Shown piece after piece: positions 16,501 to 28,414 of a stretch of 64,000 nt of DNA. The notes beneath the pieces are model-generated. The model was not told where the DNA came from. It searched no databases and was given only the letters and a program-made list of their open reading frames with translations. Both the position numbers and the translations under genes were made by a program. Numbering within the stretch: position 1 is the stretch's first letter; every line of letters starts with the position of its first letter. The stretch lies in the NCBI GenBank assembly GCA_963575745.1, contig CAUYUJ010000001.1:1364001-1428000 (forward strand). Reading direction: 5' to 3'. The stretch is from Prorocentrum cordatum (taxonomy: Eukaryota).

Positions 16501-19500
16501 CGTGGCTTAAACCATCTATGTTCTGAGCTGGAGGACTGCGCCAACGGAGCCAGACACATCGAAGTACCCTGAGATGGAAAAGAAGATCATGTAGCAGCGG
16601 TCGTTGGCGAAGTAGAAGATGGAGATAAAGAAGGGGAGGGAATATGTCGTGCAAGCCGTACCGCGGCATCGTTCCCGATGCCCCGTGCAATACTTGAGGG
16701 GAGGCCCGCAAGATTTGTCGAGGCCACTTTGCCGCACGAATTGTTAACACGACTGCCTCGCATGTCGTCTCCGTCCGTGTCCTCGTCGACGCGGTGCGTG
16801 CCAGAACGTGCGCAGATAGCAGCAAGCGTGTTGCATGAGACAGCGTCGCCGTTGGGCGAACCACCAAGGGCAACTCCAGCGCAGGGAAGCGATGGAGACG
16901 TAGTCCGCATAGATGTGGAAGTGGAGGAGGACGTCGTGACAGCTTTGCCCAGCAATCGTCCAGCACAGGTCAGAATTGGTATTGGGATGTTGCCAGCGCG
17001 TGTATGTCTTCTCACCTCGGCAGAGGACCCTTGGTGAGCAAACGAATGTAGAGGAGAGGAGGCTGGAAAAGGACATGAAGATAAAAAGGTAGATAGACGG
17101 CGCGATCTTCTTGAAGTGCGGAAGGGGGTAGAGCGGGTTGCCGTTGTTGACGGCCTCGAGCCAGAACCTCGGCGACCGTTTCTAGGGAGCGGTCCCTCCC
17201 GGCAGCACAGTAGCATTGCACCGCAACAGATGCAATTCCAAAGTCACGTCAAGAATGTGTGTCCCCGACAGAAGTGGTCCCATTTATTGTTGTGATCCCC
17301 GTTGTGGTCATGGATTTCCCCTCCCGGGTTGCAGGGCCGTGTTCCGTCGCACGCGGCCCCCCAGTTCATATGCATGTGTCGTGGCAAAACGAGCGTGTAG
17401 CACCCGTTGCCGTATCTTGGCCATGGCGTACACCAGTGGTAGCCACGTCGTAATTGCATCTTTCCTGGTGACCTCCGTTGTGAGCCAGCCCAGCCGGCGT
17501 GTAAGGCCAGCAGTCGGCACACGGACGCCCCGGCGCAGGTCGTCATTGGCATCACATTCCCAGTAGTGGTGTTCGAGCGTGGGCACGTATGGCCCTCTTG
17601 AAGTGCGGAAAGGCGTACACTCCGCGGACAAGGGCAGCGAGGGCGGCAGAAAAGGCGCTTTCTAGGGCCCCTTTAAGGGGCCCTTTAGGGGCCAAAGGGG
17701 GCCGTTAGGGCCCGAAGTGTACACTTCTCTTCCCCCCATCATTGGTCGCCCCCCCATGAAGCGACGCCCAAGGGAGTATGGGGCTGGCATCGCCTCCAGA
17801 AAGATCGCAGAGGACCTGCCAGAGCTGATGACGGGCATCCCAGCACGCCCCCGCGTGCCGCTGGCGATGTGGCTTAGACCCAGCCTCGCTACCGCAAAAG
17901 ACCCGCCACCGTGGTATTGCGGGGGGGGGGGGCCTCAGGGAGTAGGCGGGGCTTCGGCGAGTGTGGGGGGCAGGGGTAAAAGAACGGAAGGAGTTGGAGT
18001 AACAAAGGGGGAGCGTGTTGGGCTCGACACGGTGGGTGGAGGGTTTCGATATCGATTTGCCGGGAGCAGCTATGAAGAACACTCACACTCGGTGGGGGCA
18101 ATATACACAAGTTGCAGAGTGTGCGGTCTATGTGTGAAGCATGTTCGTCCCGCCTATCCGATATTACGCTTGTGTTGCAGATGTTACGTTTGCTTCGCAG
18201 AGGCATAGACATGTGCACAATATCTTTAAATTTCGCGAGACATACGGACCGACAGACAACACATACCTTCGTCGCCATGAATGCGTAGCTTTACCGTGTC
18301 GCTCGTCTGGGAACACGCCATTCGCGATGTGATGTGTGGGTCATATTTTGTGAGCTTGAGTTGTGTTGGGATGCTGTGTGCTTGGGTGTTTTTGTTTCAG
18401 CTGTGCGAATTTCGCGTGATTGTCATGCCGTCCTGGGTTGTGCCATATTCTGACGGTTGCGTGAACAGTCGATCTCCAGCAGAGCGGGTTCGCAATGATG
18501 TTATTGGCCATTATGCCAGGGGGATCTTGGGCTCGTTGGGAGCAGTCCTGGGGCCATCTTGGGGCCAGCTGGGAGCCTTTGGGGCAGTGTTGGAGACGCC
18601 TCGGGGCGTGTTTCGTGCCCTTTGGAGGGTCTTTTGGCCGTTGGCGGGCATCGTGCCCTTTGGAGGGCCTTGTGCCCGTTGTGGCGTTGGGGGCTTCTGG
18701 GCAGCGGAGGCGCGGGGAGCGCGGCGGCACGACGCGGAGGATGGGTGGCGCCGCCCGAGGTCGTGGAGAAGCTTGGCGGCGAGGACGCCGCCGAGGCTCG
18801 CCTGGCGCCCCGACGGGCCCGCCGAGCCTGGAACCGAGCCCGACGAGCCCGGGGCCGAGTCCGAGCTCGAGACCGAGCTCGAGCCCGAGCCCGAGCCCCG
18901 AGCCCGCGCCCGCGCCCGAGCCCCGAGCCCGAGCCCGGGGCAGCAAGGCGCGAGCTGGCATGAAGGCACCCGCGAGGAGCGACGATCGAGGACCCTGTGG
19001 AGGCGCGAGCTCCCGAGGTTCGAATCTGTTGGGCGTTTTCTGTCGGCCCCTGTTGCGGGCCTCGGGAGGCCCTGCGTGGCCGCGGTCAGGGGTGCGCCTC
19101 GAGATTCTGGCCAGAGCTCGCCCTGGGGCAGGTCCCCAGAGCCGACTTTTGACCCCCAGCCCCAGACCGCCTCGCGTACTGAGGCGAGCAGGCCTTTGGT
19201 GGGCCCTCGCCCGGGTCCACGTCGATTCGAACGGTCCGCTTCGATATCGCCTCTGGCCAGTCCAGCTCGATTCGATGTCGATGTCCTGACGGTCCGATGC
19301 GGCCGGATGCTTGCATGGCGCTGTTGTGCATCTTAGCGCGGCCGATCCAATTCGATTCCGATTCCTTGCCGGCGCAGCCAGATCCGCCGCACTCTCCGAT
19401 TCGGTCAGATTCCCCGATGCGGTGCTGGCTGGTCCTGCCCTCGCTGGGCCCCTGGGCCGTCAAGAAACGATTGGGTATGCAAATAGACGAACACGTAAGA

Positions 19501-21891
19501 GTGACTTTTCGCCCGAGTGACCTTTGGTACGGGCCCAACGGGGCCCCCCGATCGCCGAACGCGATGCGGTGGTAGCGTCTTGCGCGCTTGCGGCCCCCAA
19601 AAAGCCGCGCACCAAAGGTCACTCTTACCCAAGGCTATTATTGCGTGTAGGTGGCGATTTCGTGGGCCGTGTTCGTTTCGATGTCATTTTGCAGCAAAGG
19701 CGGAACAACGACGGAACGAGGGGAAACGAAAAAATAACGACAACGACAACGACAAACATTGTTTTGTTCGAGCCCTGCTTTGGGCCGTCAAGAAAGAATT
19801 GAGGATGCACAGAGCCAGCTCCAGGGAAGGGGTCGGGATTCCTGGTGCCCGTGCGCGCCCAGGTTTGGCCCCCCCGCGTCCCACGTTAAACCGCGCACCG
19901 AAGGTTACTCTTGCCCAGGGTCACTCTTGCGTGTAGCCGACAAGAAACGAGCGGGGATGCAAAAAGCCAGGCCCAGGGAAGGGGTGCATTGACCCTGGCT
20001 TGGGCGCGGGATCTTGCAGGATGCTGCAGGATCTCGCAGGATCTTGCAAAGCCTGACTGACCCGGGTTTGCATTGACCTAGGTCAGTGGATGCCCGAAAC
20101 AGGTGGGGATGCAAAAGCCAGCCCCAGGGTAAAGTCGGGCCTGTCCCTCTACAGAAGGAAAAACAAAAAAATAATCAAAAAACAGTATGGGACGATTTTT
20201 GTTACTATGCTTGTCTATGTTTGAGTTTGTTTTTGTGTTTTTTATTGCGAAGGCCTTAAGGCCGGTGCCGCCGACCCTGCAGTCGGAGGCTACGAGCAGA
20301 ACAAGGACGTTGATGAGCAGGAGACGGAGGACGTCAGGGAGCAGGAGGGTGAGGAGGACGAGGAGGAGGAGGAGGATGAGGAGGAGGAGGAAGAGGGGAA
20401 CAGGAGGAGGAGAAGGAAGAGGAGGAGGAGGAGGAAGAAGAGGAGGAGGATGAGGAGGAGGAGGAGGAGTTGGAGGAGGAGGAGGAGGAGGAGGAGGAGG
20501 AGGAGGAGGAGGAGGAGAGGGGGAAATGAATAGGAGCAGGACGAGGCGATCAGGGCCTGGGGCTTGTGAGTCCTGGACTTTTGGGGGGGCTGGTTCCTGG
20601 TGCTGGGTCCTGGGAGGAGGTCCTCGGGGCTAGGTCCTGGGATGTCCCGTGGCCGAGCGTCCTGGAGGCCGGTTCGGTTCTGGAGGGGGACGGAGGCAAG
20701 AGGAGAGATGAGGATCGAGGGAGGAGGGGGGAGGGAGGAGAGGGCGTGGTAGAATGCTTCCTGAGGCTTTGTGTGGGCCCCAGGACCCCCAGGGGGAGTC
20801 GTATCTGACGCGGGACCCCCCCCCCCTGGGACCCCCCCCCCGGCAGGGAAGGGGCTTCCCTTCGACTCAATGACAACGTTGCTCTTGAGGGGGAGGCCCT
20901 GGAAAGGCGGGGGGGAGCGGCGACGGGCCCAGGGAAGAGGGGGAAAGGGGAGGAGGAGAGACGGGCCCAGGGAAAGGGGGAGCGCAGGGACAGGAGACGA
21001 CTGGCCCGTGGCGGTCGCGAGCCGAGGCTCGCGCCTCGGGTGCCGGGGTTCGGGGGCAAGGGTCCTTGGGGGGGGATGGGCGCAGGTCCTCGGCCGTTTT
21101 CGACTCGAGGTTCCATAGGCTCTCGGCCGTCTTGAATTCGAGGTGCTAGGCTTTCGGTCGTGTTCGCGGTTCGCGGCGGCTCTCCAGCCTCGGGATGCGG
21201 TCCAGCAGCCGCGCCTTGCCGAGAGCGTTCTCGGGGTTGCCCGGATCGTCCCGAACGGCCGCCGGAGGCACGAGTCGAGTGATGGCGCAGAAACTACCTG
21301 GAGATAAAGGGGGTCTGATAGCCCTAACCCGCCCAGGGAGGTGCGGTTTCGCTGTCGGGTCTTGTCGCCGATCTATCGGCGATGCATCGCCGATTCCAGG
21401 TCGATGTTTCCCCCCCTATGCCGGTCCCCCCCGATCGTTGCCCCTCAGGGGTCTGCGGGCCCGTGAATCAAGGCTCGAGGCTCGAGGCTCGAGGAGGTTC
21501 GATGATGGAGGTTCGAGCATGGCAGTTTTTGGCGCGTTCTGAGTTCTTTCCTCGAGCAGCTGAGCTGACTGGGGACCTGTGGTGGTACCACTGCCTTGGA
21601 CCATCCTCCAATTCCTTCTGCTCATCCTCCTGCTCACCTGCCACCCCCTCTCCTCCGATGTACGCAGCTCCCCTTCTCCGATTGCACATGACACGATGGG
21701 GTCTCTTCTGGAGTTCCAGGTCGCCCATGACACTCGCCCAAGTCAGCGCAATGCCCTCCCCCTCGCTCCTCTCCCACACTCCTCGCTCTTCGACGACGTC
21801 GACGTCGGCGACGGCGGCGGCGACGACGACCTCGGCTCGGCAGGCCACCGAGAGCCCGCGCGCGTCGGCGGCCGCGCGCGCCCCCTCGGCG

Positions 21892-23746
21892 ATGGCAGCG
21901 CGGGGCGCCGCCGAGGCCGGGGCCGCGGAGCCAGGCGCCGCCAGCTGGGCTGGGCTGCTGAAGGCCCGCCTGCGGGGTGGGGGCCCGGATGGCCCCGGGC
22001 CCCGCGGCCGCCTGTACGGCGCGTTCGTGATGAGCAACTGCCCCCTCGTGGCGGAGCTGATGGGCTGCTGCGGCTACGACTTCCTGGTGGTGGACATGGA
22101 GCACTCGCCCGCGGGCGTGGGCGGAGCGCTGGCCATGCTCCAGGCGGCCCGCGCCGCCGGCGTCGCGTGCCTGCTGCGGGTCCCCGTCAACAGGCCGGAG
22201 GTCATCAAGAAGGCGCTGGACCTCGGGCCCGAGGGCCTGGTGGTGCCGCTGGTGGGCAGTGCGGGCGAGGCCCGAGGGGCCGCGGCCGCGTGCCGCTACC
22301 CGCCGGAGGGCATCCGCGGGGTGGCCTACCCGATGGTGCGCGCCAGCCGCTGGGGCCTGGACGCTGGCTACGGCGAGGGCGCCTCGGACCGGCACCTGCT
22401 GCTCTGCCAAGTGGAGACTCGGGAGGCCGTCGAAGACGCCGGCGCCATTCGATGATCCTCAGGACGTGTGTTAGCCCAGTGTGTGTGTTACCCCGTTCAA
22501 CCCAACCAGTCGATCACCACATCGCCTTCGTCGTAGTGAAGTGCCTCACTGGGCAAACACACGTAAGCTCCAACACACGTTCTGAGGATCATCGAGCCAT
22601 CCTGGACGTGGACGGCGTGGACGGCATCTTCCTCGGCCCGCTCGACCTCTCGGCCTCGCTCGGGCGCAGGGGCCAGCCCGGCCACCCCGACGTCGCCGCC
22701 GCGCTGGCGGCGGCGGAGGCCGCGGCCGCGGCGCGGCCCGGGAAGGTCCTGGCTGGGTTTGCTGGCGGCCGGTCGCCCGCGGACATGTTCGCCGCCGGCT
22801 ATCAGGGATCCCCTAACCCAGACCCCCTCGGGCAATGAAAAAATCATGACGAGAGGTTTTCCAAGTTTCGGCCACTGGAGGCCCTTACCGGCCCTCGAGA
22901 CCGTCAAAAAACGATTCAGGATGAAAAACCGATCCAGGGGAATGGCTCGAGAGTTCCAGGGGTCGACGCAATGAAAAAATCATGACGTCGGGGGTCTGGG
23001 AACGGTGTGGTGACCACACCGCGTGGTGAGTCAGTGGGGATTCAGGGTCGCCGGACGGTCTTTGGGCCTCGGGTCTTTCTCCGAGGACGTCTCGGGCGAC
23101 GGGGGCCTCCGAGGTCCCAAAACCAGGCAGTGACGCACCGCGCGGTGAGGTCTTTGGAGATTTTGAGGTCACCACGCGGTCCGCCACCACCCTCAGATCT
23201 GACGTTGCAACAAAAAATTCAACATCACAAAAAATCACCACTGGAGCCCCAGCCCCCGGCGTTCTGCAACATTCTTCGAGCCGGATCGATCCGTGAGGAC
23301 CCCAGGGCCCGCAGCCAGGCGAAAACGCCCGGCGTGACAAAATTGCAACGCCGGGATCTGAGGGGCTCGGGGGGCTCCCAGAGATCCGAGGTCGTGATTT
23401 TCTCTATACGGGGTCCCCGGAAGTCTCGACCCATCCCCCAGGACCATTCCTCCCGAGTCGTTTTTTGACAGTCCCGGGGCCCGGCGAGAGCCGCTGGAGG
23501 CCGAAAATCTAGAAAGACCTCCGTCTTGATCTCTTCAATACACGTTGGATCTCGGGGCGGGCAGGCTACCACCTGGTCGCGTGCGCCGCGGACGTGACGC
23601 TGCTGCGCGACGCGGCGCGCCGCGACGTTGCCGCGGCAGCGGCCGCGGCCGAGGCCGCCGAGGGCCAGCCGGCGCGGCAGAGGCGGCGGCTCGAGCCGGG
23701 CGCGGGCGCCGCGGCGCCGTCCGCGGGGGGCCCGCCCCCGAGGTAG
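21892..23746 (+). CDS. HpcH/HpaI-family class II pyruvate aldolase (2-keto-3-deoxy sugar-acid aldolase-like). Coding blocks 21892-22448, 22601-22797, 23565-23746 (311 aa when joined)
   Basis: Family motifs [88 protein letters not shown]. The joined blocks total 936 nt, stay in frame and end at TAG 23744-23746. The start ATG is inferred. Confidence 0.92.
22449..22595. mobile_element. 147-bp MITE / Introner-like element inside the aldolase CDS
   Basis: 24-bp terminal inverted repeats with one mismatch (tcgatgatcctcaggacgtgtgtt 22449-22472; aacacacgttctgaggatcatcga 22572-22595). 5-bp TSD gccat at 22444-22448 and 22596-22600. Removing the element plus one TSD copy restores EDAGAILDVDG. Confidence 0.92.
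22798..23564 (+). other. GC-AG spliceosomal intron (767 bp) of the aldolase gene
   Basis: Boundaries gccg|gctatcag ... gggcag|gctaccac. Splicing gives the in-frame family-like sequence [15 protein letters not shown] donors and AG|G acceptors are typical of dinoflagellates. Confidence 0.85.
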
Positions 23747-24580
23747 AGACGCGAGGCGTTCCAGAAGGGGCCCCGGCTTCCCAGACCCCCTCGAGCAGCG
23801 GGGGAGAAGAAAAAACAACAAAAATCCACAACAACAACAAAAAAAGAAGAAACAAAAACAAGAAAAAACGATGGGAGGTGTTTCACCATTTTTCGGCATT
23901 GGGGGCTCTTGCCGGGCCTCAGGATCGTAAGAAAACGATGCAGGTTCCAGAAACCGTCCTGGGGAATACAAACCCCCCGATTAAAAAGTCCGGACCGCAG
24001 CGGTCGCGGAAACTCAGCGTGGACGTGCCCCGTTAGGCCGCGGGGCCCCGTTACAATGTTCCAGAGACCGCCATCGCGGATTTCCGGTCCATGCCTCATC
24101 CTTTTTAATATCATAATCGCCAAATGGGGCGACGACTGGAAATTCTCATTCCGCCTACTACTTCCCAAAAAAATGTCTGGTCGCTTCCAAGACGACCGGA
24201 AATGTTCATAGGCGACCAGAAATTTGCGATTTCGCTGAAGACTTCCTCACAACAAAATCTGGTCCGCTTGATGTTGGCTGGAAGTTGAGTCGTGGCTTGG
24301 AAGATGTTATGCACAGCGTGTCTGCTTCCTTTGATGCCCGCGATTCGAAATAGAATTTTCTCTGTCAGTGCTCCGTGGTCAGATGTGCCGTGCCAGTGTT
24401 CGGCGCGCTGCCCGCTTTCGGAGTCGTCTCGGAGGCCATGTCCAAAATCGGGAGCCCAGACCCGTCGAGGCTCCACGATCCAGGTCCGATCGGAGAGCGA
24501 CGATGCAAACGGCCCTGGACCGATCCGGACCTTTTAATCCAGCAGGTGGTAGGTCGAAACCTCTGGGGTCGACGCCATGA

Positions 24581-24633
<53 letters not shown>

Positions 24634-25110
24634 TTAACAACAAAATGACGTCGGGGGTCTGGGTTCGTGGATCGAAGGAGTTGACATCTCTTCCTCGGCG
24701 GAAGCCGCCGAAAGTAAAAAATGCGCCCCAAAGAAAGGGCAACATGTTTGGACTCTGGGTTTCCAGAACCCGCCATGTCAGGGGCAACGCTACGGGAGGA
24801 GTCAGCTCAGGGGGGACACATCGACCCCCAGGCGTACACTCATCGTCGATCGGGGTTGGATACCTTGAGATCCTGGCGTTGCAAATCTTTCACAACGCGC
24901 GTTTTCGCCCGCTTTCGGGCCCCGGGATCCTCACACATCGATTCGGCTCCAAAAATTGTGTTGAAATAGCGTATGGGGCTCCGGGAGTTCATTCCCTACC
25001 TAGGCTCTGCTTAGAGGGTTCTTACTCGCTGGGCTTAAAGGGGCCGGGCAGTGTTCCTCGCCCCGGGCGGTTCCTCCAGTATCTGCCCCGCGGTTCCCCC
25101 GGTTGCGCCC

Positions 25111-25784
25111 CCTTAGCTTAGCTTTGCTTATCTCATCTTAGCTTAGCCTAGCTTAGCTTAGCTTAGCTTAGCCTAGCCTAGCCTAGCTTAGATTAGCTTA
25201 GCTTAGCCTAGTCTAGCTTAGCTTAGCTTAGCTCAGCTTAGCTTAGTTTAGCGCAGCGCAGCATTAGCATAGCATAGCATAGCGCAGCATAGCATAGCGC
25301 AGCATAGCATAGCATAGCATAGCATAGCGCAGCATAGCATAGCATAGCATAGCAAAGCTTAGTTTAGCATAGCACAGCGCAGCATAGCATAGCATAGCAT
25401 AGCATAGCGCAGCATAGTATAGCATAGTATAGCGTAGCATAGCATAGCACAGCGTATCATAGCGCAGCACAGCATAGCATAGCATAGCATAGCATAGCAT
25501 AGCATAGCGCAGCATAGCATCTCATACAAAGCAAAACAAAACCAATGCGAAAGTGTAGCTGTAGGTTTAGATGTAGGTGTAGGTGTAGATGTGAATGTAT
25601 GTGTAGATGTAGATTATATGTACATGTTGGTGTAGATGTAGGTGTAGATGTAGATGTAGATGTCAGTGTAGTTGTAGATGTAGATGTAGATGTAGATGCA
25701 TATGTACATGTAGATGTAGCTGTAGGTGTAGATGTGGATGTAGGTCTAGATGTAGATGTAGATGTAGGTATTCAGCTGTACTAT

Positions 25785-25869
<85 letters not shown>

Positions 25870-25879
25870 ACTGCTACTG

Positions 25880-25916
<37 letters not shown>

Positions 25917-25947
25917 GACTACTACTACTACTACTACTACTACTACG

Positions 25948-25991
<44 letters not shown>

Positions 25992-26010
25992 GCTACTGCT
26001 ACAACTGCGA
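25111..26010. repeat. Compound microsatellite: (GCTTA)n, (GCATA)n, (GTAGAT)n, (CTA)n
   Basis: Directly visible at about 25111-25250, 25260-25520, 25555-25770 and 25780-26005. Confidence 0.97.
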
Positions 26011-27360
26011 CGATGAGGAGAAGGAGGAGGACGGCGTTTACCGTTACTACTAATATTGCTCTCCTCGGGGCTCCAACTCCTAGGTCGGGTCGCTCTGGGA
26101 TAATGTTTTCAATGTTGCATTTTTTTGGCAACGTCAGATTTCAGGGCTCATCGTCGATAGGCCTTATAGTCCACCTGACGAGGAACGTCTGGATTGGTTG
26201 TTGGGTGCCGATCGCCGATATCACGACGATGTATTGCCGATTCAAGCTCGACATGATTTCACACCTAAGCTGGTCCCCCCCATCGCTTCTCCTCAAGATG
26301 GAAAGAGAGAGAGAGAGAGAGAGAGAGGATGCAGAACGGCCTAGAGCCCATCTCCCCTTGCGCCACGGAAAAAACACGCCAGTTGATATTGTATATGGTT
26401 CGGCCTCCTTGCCTGGCCCAGCGACCATTTGAACACGACTCTGGAAGAGAAGCCAGCCCCAAGGAAGGGGTCGAGACCTCTCGAGGTCCACGTCGTGAAA
26501 AAGCAACACGACGTCGGGTTCTGGGTGATGCCATTTGGTCCCAATCAACCGCGCAGGCAGGCAGGTCACAGCCTCAGAAGCGCCTGCTGCAAGCCCAGAC
26601 CATATCGCGACGTGCAAAACAACGGGCAAACAAACTAAAAAAAGGAAAGTTGTCGTTACATTCGGCCTCTGGGAGCCTTCACCAGGCTTCGGGAGCGTCA
26701 CAAAACGACCCAGGACAACAAAACAGTCCCGAGGAGGGGGTCCAGACCCCTTGAAGTCAACGGTGTAAAAAAAAGTCGCGACGCCGGGAGTCTGGGAGAT
26801 TAGCGTGCAGTCTGGCAGGCACAACGCCGCCTCTGCCTTGAAGAAACCCCCGCCGGAGGGTGCATCCTCCGAACTCCACCCAAAACCCCCGACGTCGTGA
26901 TTGTTTCGCGTCGTGTACCCCAGAGGCATGGATCACTTCCCAGGGACTGGCTTTTCATCCAGAACCATTTTTTGATTGCCCCGAGCCCCAAAAAGACCCC
27001 CGCAAGGGCGAACGCGTCCCGCCATGGTTTTGTTCGCGACGCGGGGGTCTGGGCTGTTTTAGTCAAACCCGTTGTGGCGCCGGCTGCGTAATGAGGACAG
27101 TCTGCGATGAGGCAGTCGCAGCGTGGGTTGGAGCCACGAGTGCCCTTTACGACCGGCCCGCGCGTCCCTCAGGATGCATGGCCTTTTTCCGAGACCCCCG
27201 GTTCCCCGAGACTGGCTTCTCACACTGAGTTGTTCATTGGCGGTCCAACGGCCCAATGAGGGCCCCTGGAGGCCGAAAATGGCGAAAAACAAATTACAGA
27301 TTGCGAAGGCGTGGCGTCATGATTACGAAGGTTGTATGGCCGGCGCCGCCGACCCAGAAG

Positions 27361-27394
27361 GATGACGACGACGACGACGATGACGATGACGATA

Positions 27395-27435
<41 letters not shown>

Positions 27436-27697
27436 CACGAGGACAACGACGACGACCACGACGACGACGACGACGACGACGACGAAGGCGACGGCGACGA
27501 CGACGACGACGAAGACGACGACGACGATGGTGACAACGACAATGACGACGACGACGGCGACGACGGCAGCGGCGACGACGACGACATCGAGCGGCGACAA
27601 CGACGACGACGACGACGACGACGACGGCGACGGCGACGGCAACGACGACGATGACGATATCGACAACGATATCGACGACGACGGCTACGACGACGAA

Positions 27698-27790
<93 letters not shown>

Positions 27791-27850
27791 CGCAACGGCG
27801 ACGACGACGACGACGACGAGGACGACGACGGCGTCGACGACGACGACGAG
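27361..27850. repeat. (GAC)n microsatellite with (GACGGC)n variants
   Basis: Directly visible. Confidence 0.97.
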
Positions 27851-28414
27851 AAGGCAAGGACGCGAAAGACATACAAAAAATGTTAGCCATCGTGGGCCCC
27901 AAACAATGTGTGTGTGTCTAGCCACACATATGTTGTGAATTTCCCTCCTTCCGATTGAATCGTAAAACGCAGAGGTGGGTTCAGGCTCTGGCTTTCTTAG
28001 CAGATTAAGAAAATCCAAGTGCCAGGCGAGACGACAGAGATGTTCTGAGGATCTGCATGTATACAAATACATATATTGTAGTGGCCTTCGGCCAGTGCCG
28101 CCGATCCGGGGCGCTCCGACTGATGTGATCCTCCTTCGCCCTCGTCCCTCCTCTCTTTTCCCTTCCTTCCCCCTTTCATTCCGCATTTATCGAAGACGCC
28201 TACGGCGAATCACCGCCGCCCCCTGCCCTTTCGGAAGCGCCGATGCGGCCGACTGCTGTGGCCAGAGGTCTGCCAAGTTATTGGGCCATATGTTCCCCGA
28301 ATCGGTCTTTACAGCCTTCGGGGAACACGTGGGGGAGGACGGGGAGGAGAGGAGAGATAGGAAGGGGGGGAATGGAGGAGGAGGTCTCTTGAGTGCCTTT
28401 TTGGCTACTCTGGG

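Noticed and set aside
21470..21845. ggctcgag repeats (near 21472-21493) and ctcggctcggcag (near 21831-21843) as relict SLs of the aldolase gene
   Set aside because: They are too degenerate to separate from GC-rich background. The cag|g at 21841-21844 is at most a candidate trans-splice acceptor.
21892..23746. Bacterial contamination or recent horizontal transfer of hpcH/garL
   Set aside because: The gene has a GC-AG intron and is embedded in host repeats. The family occurs widely in eukaryotes. No gene symbol was assigned because the substrate cannot be inferred.
25111..25250. (GCTTA)n as a telomeric repeat
   Set aside because: It does not match the TTTAGGG-type repeat reported for dinoflagellates, is internal, and grades into (GCATA)n.
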